Source of the DNA: Selaginella moellendorffii
Taxonomy: Eukaryota; Plantae; Lycopodiophyta
DNA: 64,000 bases
Assembly: GCF_000143415.4 (NCBI RefSeq)
Contig: NW_003314269.1
Location: forward strand, 1,055,246 to 1,119,245
Direction of reading: 5' to 3'
The position numbers were made by a program, and so were the translations under genes. The first letter of the stretch is position 1; each line of letters begins with the position of its first letter. The notes under the pieces were generated by a model. It saw only the letters and a program-made list of their open reading frames with translations, was not told the origin of the DNA and did not search any database. Positions 57,903-64,000 of this stretch are shown here, one piece after another.

Positions 57903-58836
57903 TGTAAAGAACCAACTCGCCAAGGTGTTGTAGGCTAAAGGATCCCCGAAAGCATGACCAAAATGACAAAGAGTTCATCGAATGGGACCGAGTCGAAGAT
58001 CGAGTCCAAGACCGACTCTGAGACCGAGTTCGAAATAAAGTCTAGGACCGGGTCAAGGGGTGAAAGCCCAAAGCGTGTGTCTCCTGGGGGGGGGGGGGGG
58101 GTTGCAAGGGGTTCCAAAAGTATAGTAGGGATAGTGAGGTCTAGGAACCAGTTTTGAAGGAACTCTTAAGTGGGGCTTCCAAATTGACTTGAGGTTGGGA
58201 CTGGGACCGAAGGGCCTTGGGTGGGAGTGAACATGGACTTGGTTGGTGCTGAAGGGGCCATCCAAGGAAGTGCTCAAGAGCAGCTCCCACTCCCGAAAGG
58301 GAAACCGACTACGGTGCTCCCGGCTCATGTGGAGTGGTGCCCCACTTGAGTACCATGCGGCTCATTGGTCCTCGCCCTTCCTAGGGGCTTGGGCCTTCCT
58401 TCGGGATGGAAGTGGGGGGGTAGAGGTACCCATACCGGACCGTTAGGCCACGGTGTTTCACCCCGGCGTCCCGAAGCAAGTGTTGCACCCAAGACTTGGG
58501 ATTTAGAGGGTTCCATGATCAAAGTCTTGTGGTACCAAGGGGTGTTAGGAACCTGGAGGCTTGGTGTGCTTGGCTGCTTGTACCTGCGGGGAGTGTAGCC
58601 GAACCTTAAGTCCAATCTAACCCGGGGAGGGGGATTGGGAGAGATTTGGGAATCCGTGGATGGATGGTTAACGCTCCGTTGTTCGTGAAGTGAGTAGTTG
58701 AAACCAAGTAAGACCAAGTAGGAGTTGGTACCATAGGTGGGAACCTTGGCGAGGGAACTTAGCAAAACCCAAGGCATGGTTGGACGGATAGACAAGGTAA
58801 GCTGGCAAATTGGAAAGGAAAAATTTGTGGCTTACA
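57903..58836 (+). mobile_element. Solo LTR related to the 11061-12746 LTR
   Basis: TGTAAAG...CTTACA termini; flanks GAGGGG/AAGGGG (imperfect TSD); degenerate 12-bp GAGACCGAGTCC units; hairpin/G-run core; shared GAGTGAACATGGAC. Confidence 0.8.
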
Positions 58837-59339
58837 AAGGGGAGGATAAAATAAATGCTCTGTGTATGTATTTTGATGGAGAAAAAAGACAAGGATCACA
58901 TAGAGACATAGGAGGAAGCCATGGCTTGGTGTGGGTAAATATTTCAGCTTGGCAATCCCATTGATAGGGCGTGCAATCACACCCTATAAGCCTAATCAGC
59001 TTATATAGGTTTATTAGGCAACTCTATTATAGCCACACGGGTTCTAAATCAAGACCCTGATAGCAATGCATCAGATTTTCTGCAATAGTTTATCAGCAAT
59101 TGTGAAGGCAAGAGCTACAGTATACAAGAGCAAGCCTCTACAAATGTTTCTTGTACCAGCTGAAGAGGGAATTTCTAAGGCCAAGGCTGCTGGGAAACTT
59201 GTCAAGATTCTTGTGCTTCAGAACTATTTTAAAAAATTTTGGTGTGGAGCTCGCCCAATAGATAGATTTTTTTAGAAGTCTCTATAAGCAGCAAGAGTAC
59301 TAGGGGCAAGGTAAAAGAAGAGGCAAAGTAAAGAGCATT

Positions 59340-60000
59340 TTTCTAAGGTGATAACTGTGGGAAATGGGCTCTTTTATGCTACAAAAGGATAATTGAAATT
59401 AATTGTAATTTCTTATCTGTTTGAGTTAATAGCATTTGATTTAATAGGGCTTTTTCTATGGTCAACTATATTATTATTATCTTAACTACTTGATTCATTG
59501 ATTAAAAGTTAATGCTCTTACTAATGCATTTGAGATTGTTGTTAGATACTTCAATCTTCAATTGAATAGTGTTCTAACATTTTTGTTTAGAGTGGATTTT
59601 CTCAGATAATAATTCCACTTTTATGGCTAAGATATTTAATGTTTTGACATTTTAATTAGGGATATACCACACTTTCATAAGTGTTTATTATCCAAAAATA
59701 GCTGGTTTGGTGGAATTGATTTGGACCTTTAAAGGGATGATAATAAAGTATGTTAACTTTTAATATTTGGATTGAGATGGTTATTTGCCATCTTTTCAGT
59801 ATATATATGTTATAAAGGTACAGAGTTTTCTTGGTATTTCACCATATAAATTTTTATATAGTCATGATTTGGTATTACTAATAAAGTTGAGTTTACCTTC
59901 ATGATTTCCATGAGCTGATAATGTTAGTTTTAATATTAGTATTTGATAAACATTCTAGTTCAAATGAATTTTATTGAACACTTGGGTTACATATAAGTGG
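59340..60000 (+). mobile_element. Decayed Ty3/gypsy integrase
   Basis: FELIAFDLIG; SDNNSTFMAK; LGIYHTFISVYYPKIAGLVE; D*DGYLP; GISPYKFLY. Confidence 0.75.
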
Positions 60001-60537
60001 GATAACAATGACATTACAATTTCCATCATCATCCATCTGAGGAGTATAAAGTGGATAATCTAGTATTAATTCATTTTCCTAATTTTAAGATATGTGGTTT
60101 GTCTAAAAGGTTCTTTGCTCAATGGAAAGGATCATATCAAGTATTACGATAAGTTGGATTGCAAGTTTATGAACTTTGGCATGACATTTAATAGATTGAT
60201 CTTTCAAAAATTATGCATATGTAAAGGTTTAGGGATTTATGAAGAAAGAATAGAGTCTAATCAAATAAGCTTTAATTGAATTAGATGTTCTTGTTTTCTA
60301 GAACAAATGTTATATTCACTATATAAGCTCGAGAGAGTGAAAAGATGGATATCACTCCCAAAAATGGTTTATATTGCCACAAAATATGGAAAGTTGGTTT
60401 TCAATTTAGCATAATCAACATTGGAAAAACATTGTCAATATATGTGTTGCATATATGACTATGGGTATTGAAAGTTATTTATTAACAAGTCTTTTTAGAT
60501 ATTCTTTTCTTACTACCACAACAATAGAAAGTTATAT

Positions 60538-61086
60538 TGTTAGACCCTTTATCAATTTTAGTGTAGGGGGTTCTAAATGTATAGTAAGGATAGTGGGTAA
60601 ATCGGGCATAGCTGACCAACTTGAGGTATACTCTAGCTCTCACTTATGTATTTGTTCTTATTTTATGTCTAACTTGGGTTTAAGTCCAAATTTCATATTA
60701 TGTTAGTTGGTGGAGTACTAATATCTTTATGTTATGTCACCAGTATGCTGAAATAATGCCAAACTTTGTTTGGTTCCATTTTGTGTGTTAGTTTCAATAA
60801 TGGGATGCTAGATGCTTTAGAATTGTTTCTATGCCACTCCGTGCTCTTATCCCTTTGTTCCTTAGGTTGTATACTTAAGAGTTATTTCATGCTCTACTTC
60901 CTTCACTTTTAAGCTTTATGCTTGAGAGTTTGGCTTCATTTCCTCATTTAGTGGCCCAAGGCCCTAAAATTTGGATTCTACTTTGCTATCTTTGGACATG
61001 TGGTATGTGGCATGTGGCATGTGGAGGGTTTAGTTATCTTATGGTAAATCACCATAGGATAAAGGGTGAAAACCATATGCACTACA
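60538..61086 (+). mobile_element. Second, more decayed and internally deleted copy of LTR family B
   Basis: Colinear with 4560-5092; ends AAAACCATATGCACTACA versus AAAACCATGTGTGCTACA. Confidence 0.8.
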
Positions 61087-64000
61087 TTTAGTATTAAATG
61101 ATGAGTTTTAGCAAGTACTATCCAATGAGATTAGGCAACTAGTCTCGTTGTATATATAGAGATGAAAACAATGATCCGATTGAGTACACATTTGGGTGCT
61201 ATGACTTCGCATTTATTCCTTGGGTATAGATTTTAGTTACCTTTTTGTACCATATTGTATGAGCTTGCACTTGGGCTTATAAGAAGGATTAAGAAGGATT
61301 GAGGTGTACCATTTGCACAAGTTTGCACTTAAGCTTATGAGTGAGGCACATTAACAACTCAAGGATACATTTTGAGTTGGTAAAATTAATGTTAGCCTAT
61401 TGTTGGTTACCATGAGTTGTTCCTTGTACCATAGGTAAAAGTAAACCTCCCTTGGGTTTGCTATAAATGGCAAATAAGTTATGTCATATCTATTTAGCAA
61501 AGCATTAGTGGATCCTTCCTAGACATAATTATAAATGGATCAATCAATACTATATGGATTAGTCTATTAGTTCAAGTAGTCATTACCATACTCGTTATAA
61601 AATTTTCTTGGATTAAACTAAAGGTAGTGCAAATGTAAGTTTGAGGTTTGGTCAAGTTGAGTTCAAATAAAATGAGTCGTTAGGGACAAAAGATCAAATA
61701 CATAAATCATTTTTTATTCTTCGAGAGATGGTTTGGCAACAAAATGTGATTTTATTGCTCATATTCATATCATGCAACTAAGAGTCCCTATCTTAATACA
61801 TATTGGTTATAATGGTTTTACAAGTGGTGAGTCATGAGATAGATAGTGGTGAAGCACTAAACCATTTTCTTAAGCTTGCTATTGGAAAACTTGGGTTACA
61901 ATGCTTAATTATTTCTAAGGAACCTTGTTATTACTCCTTGAGTAGTTTGGGGATTAATTTTGAGTTTGGTCAAAATGAGAGTAATATAAACTTGTCTATA
62001 TTGTGAACAAAGTTGGTGGTGTTAGGTGTTGTAAATCTTTATCGGTGAGGTGTGGCATTTATATTGCATTTTGTCAAATTGAGTTAGCACTTGATATTCA
62101 CGTAAACTTTTGTACTAGTGATATAGGTATTACTTATGGTATTGTTCAATAAATGATCAAGTCATTGTAATTTTTATATCATATCCTTGTGATCATGAAT
62201 AATGTGTTTACGAAGTTGCTTGGTTAAACAATAATTAACCCAAAGTGGTTGATAGTAAAGTTAGTTTACTTGCAAAGTAGTAACATTGAAGTAGTTTTGA
62301 CTTAGTTCTTAATAGTGGTCATTTATGCTAAGTTTGAATTGGTACATTGGTTTTTGAGAAGTTGCCTATTGAAGTGTTGGAAAAAGTTATAACATTTATT
62401 TGCTATAACTTGTTAGTAAATTTGTTAACACTTGGAGTAAATTATTGGATGGAGAAGGTATGAAGTTAATGCATTGATATTACTAACACTTGTGTTAGTG
62501 GAAGTGACATTATTGTTTTGAGTGATGAGGAGTTTTTCCTCAGAGTTTGATTTTTCATATCATTTTTTCTTGTTAGTGTTTTAGTTTCACATTAGATCTT
62601 GAAGGTGATTATAAAAGAGTGTTAATGCAATATGGATATCCAAAGATATAGTCTTCATGATTGAGTCTTGGCTATTTATTTGCATTTTACAGATATCAAT
62701 GTTGAATATCGAAAATATAGGCATGCTTAAGCATATTGTTAAATTATGAGAATTTTTATTGAGGTGAACCTAAATGAAGTTGTAGGTGGAAGTTGATTAA
62801 GTCTTGAAAGTTTGTACTTTTATATTGAAAGTTATTCTTTTCTAGGATGGAAAATTTTCTATAAATTTTCTTAAACTTTTCTAATAGCTGATCTATTGAT
62901 TATTTTGCCTGAAAATCATTCTATTTTTGTAACCCAATACAAAATAGTGAAAGGGTTGAAGTTTAATTTGGTTGGTTTAAACCTTAATAATAATACAGCC
63001 TAAAAAGAATGTTAATCTTTTGGGGATAAAGCAATTAAGTTAAATAAAATCTAAAGTTAGTGTAGAAAAATGGCTATTGCACTTTTCTAAAAAGGTGACT
63101 CTTTTGCCTTTCTTTTATAACATTATGCTAAGTGACAAGTTGTACATTGCATCTTATTAGACTCTATGAGAGTAATGAGCTCTCATTAATCTTGACTTGG
63201 TCTTAGTAGCCTTGTATCTTAAATGTGATGGTAATATCTAACTTAGTTATTTACAGTTGAGGTGTTAGTACTTAATATATTATAACTTTATCCATTAAAG
63301 GTTGTGCCAATATGATTCCATTTCATGGTTTTCACTTTAATTTTAACTGAGTGTTGATCACGCTATCTAGCCTCTTTGGATATGTTCAAAGCTATCAATT
63401 AAATACATTGGTAAGTTTATTGTGGTTGGATTGAATTTGAGTGGTCCTTTTATTCGTACTTGTCTATATTTTTATGTCTTGTACCTAGAGTGTTACCTTC
63501 TTGTTAGATATGTATATAATTTGGTAATGTCAATTTAGTGTTTGGGTCTTGTGAAGGCAAGTTGACAAATGATTATTGGTTGTTTTGCAATTAATGATTA
63601 TTTGTAAACTTTGTTGAGGACTACTGACACTTACTTCACTTAATAATGATTTAGTAGTGATGGGCTTACTTTATTCGTGGTATTGCAAATGATAGTATTG
63701 TTAAATTTTTACTTTTTTATGTTGGTATGTGAATTCTACTTCTGTCAATATTATTTGGTTGCATTTAGTTCGTGGTGTTGGATTTTATTAAGTCTTGAAT
63801 ATAGTGATTCACTCATTGATGATATGTTATCTATAGTTGAGTATTTTTGAAAGATTGTTTTAGATATTGAATAAGGTATCTTTGACTTAGTTAACTTGGT
63901 TGTTATAAAGCTTTGAGTGGTGATTTACTCTTACTTTCTTTTAGTTTTATCCTAGTGTTGATGGTATTAAAGTGATATTCTATTGTTGACATTATCGATA
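61087..64000 (-). pseudogene. Second copy of the retroelement antisense ORF, extending further towards its C-terminus
   Basis: 62184-64000 is colinear with 1-1843. The minus frame continues CCQTISRRIKNDLCI*SFVPNDSFYLNST... and LLNRYDITYLPFIANPREVYFYLWY. Confidence 0.6.

Noticed and set aside
58058-58069. Hammerhead ribozyme (retrozyme) in the LTR core
   Set aside because: A GAAA hairpin is present but I found no CTGANGA box or three-stem geometry in any copy.

Overview
Eukaryotic nuclear DNA from a compact land-plant genome. The 50-90 nt introns, tiny intergenic gaps and four intronless S-repeat-rich PPR genes suggest the lycophyte Selaginella (inference). A dense GC-rich gene island (~15.3-57 kb) lies between two AT-rich blocks of nested, decayed transposons. 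Left block: the 3' half of a Ty3/gypsy element (long antisense ORF, 49-bp tandem repeats, PPT), an LTR, a Helitron relic, and a second Ty3/gypsy pol split by a solo LTR. Right block: a solo LTR, an integrase relic, and second copies of the LTR and the antisense ORF. The island carries 4 PPR genes without DYW, SAUR, USP, PHT4, an intronless microbial-type 2OG-Fe(II) oxygenase, GT8, cytidine deaminase, PWWP, ARID-HMG, tRNA-Lys(CTT), an intronless plastid pyrophosphatase, an M1 aminopeptidase, a GH17-X8 glucanase, RWP-RK, a GIY-YIG nuclease and a BIR-like receptor kinase. Best leads: (1) a frameshifted BURP-domain gene with a signal peptide and six N-terminal repeats, head-to-head with a divergent M1 aminopeptidase (possible plant RiPP locus); (2) the HGT-candidate oxygenase; (3) co-oriented gene chains with 40-170 bp gaps; (4) a >4 kb Cys- and sequon-containing antisense ORF in a gypsy element. 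Exon boundaries were read by eye, TE limits are approximate, and no database searches were run.
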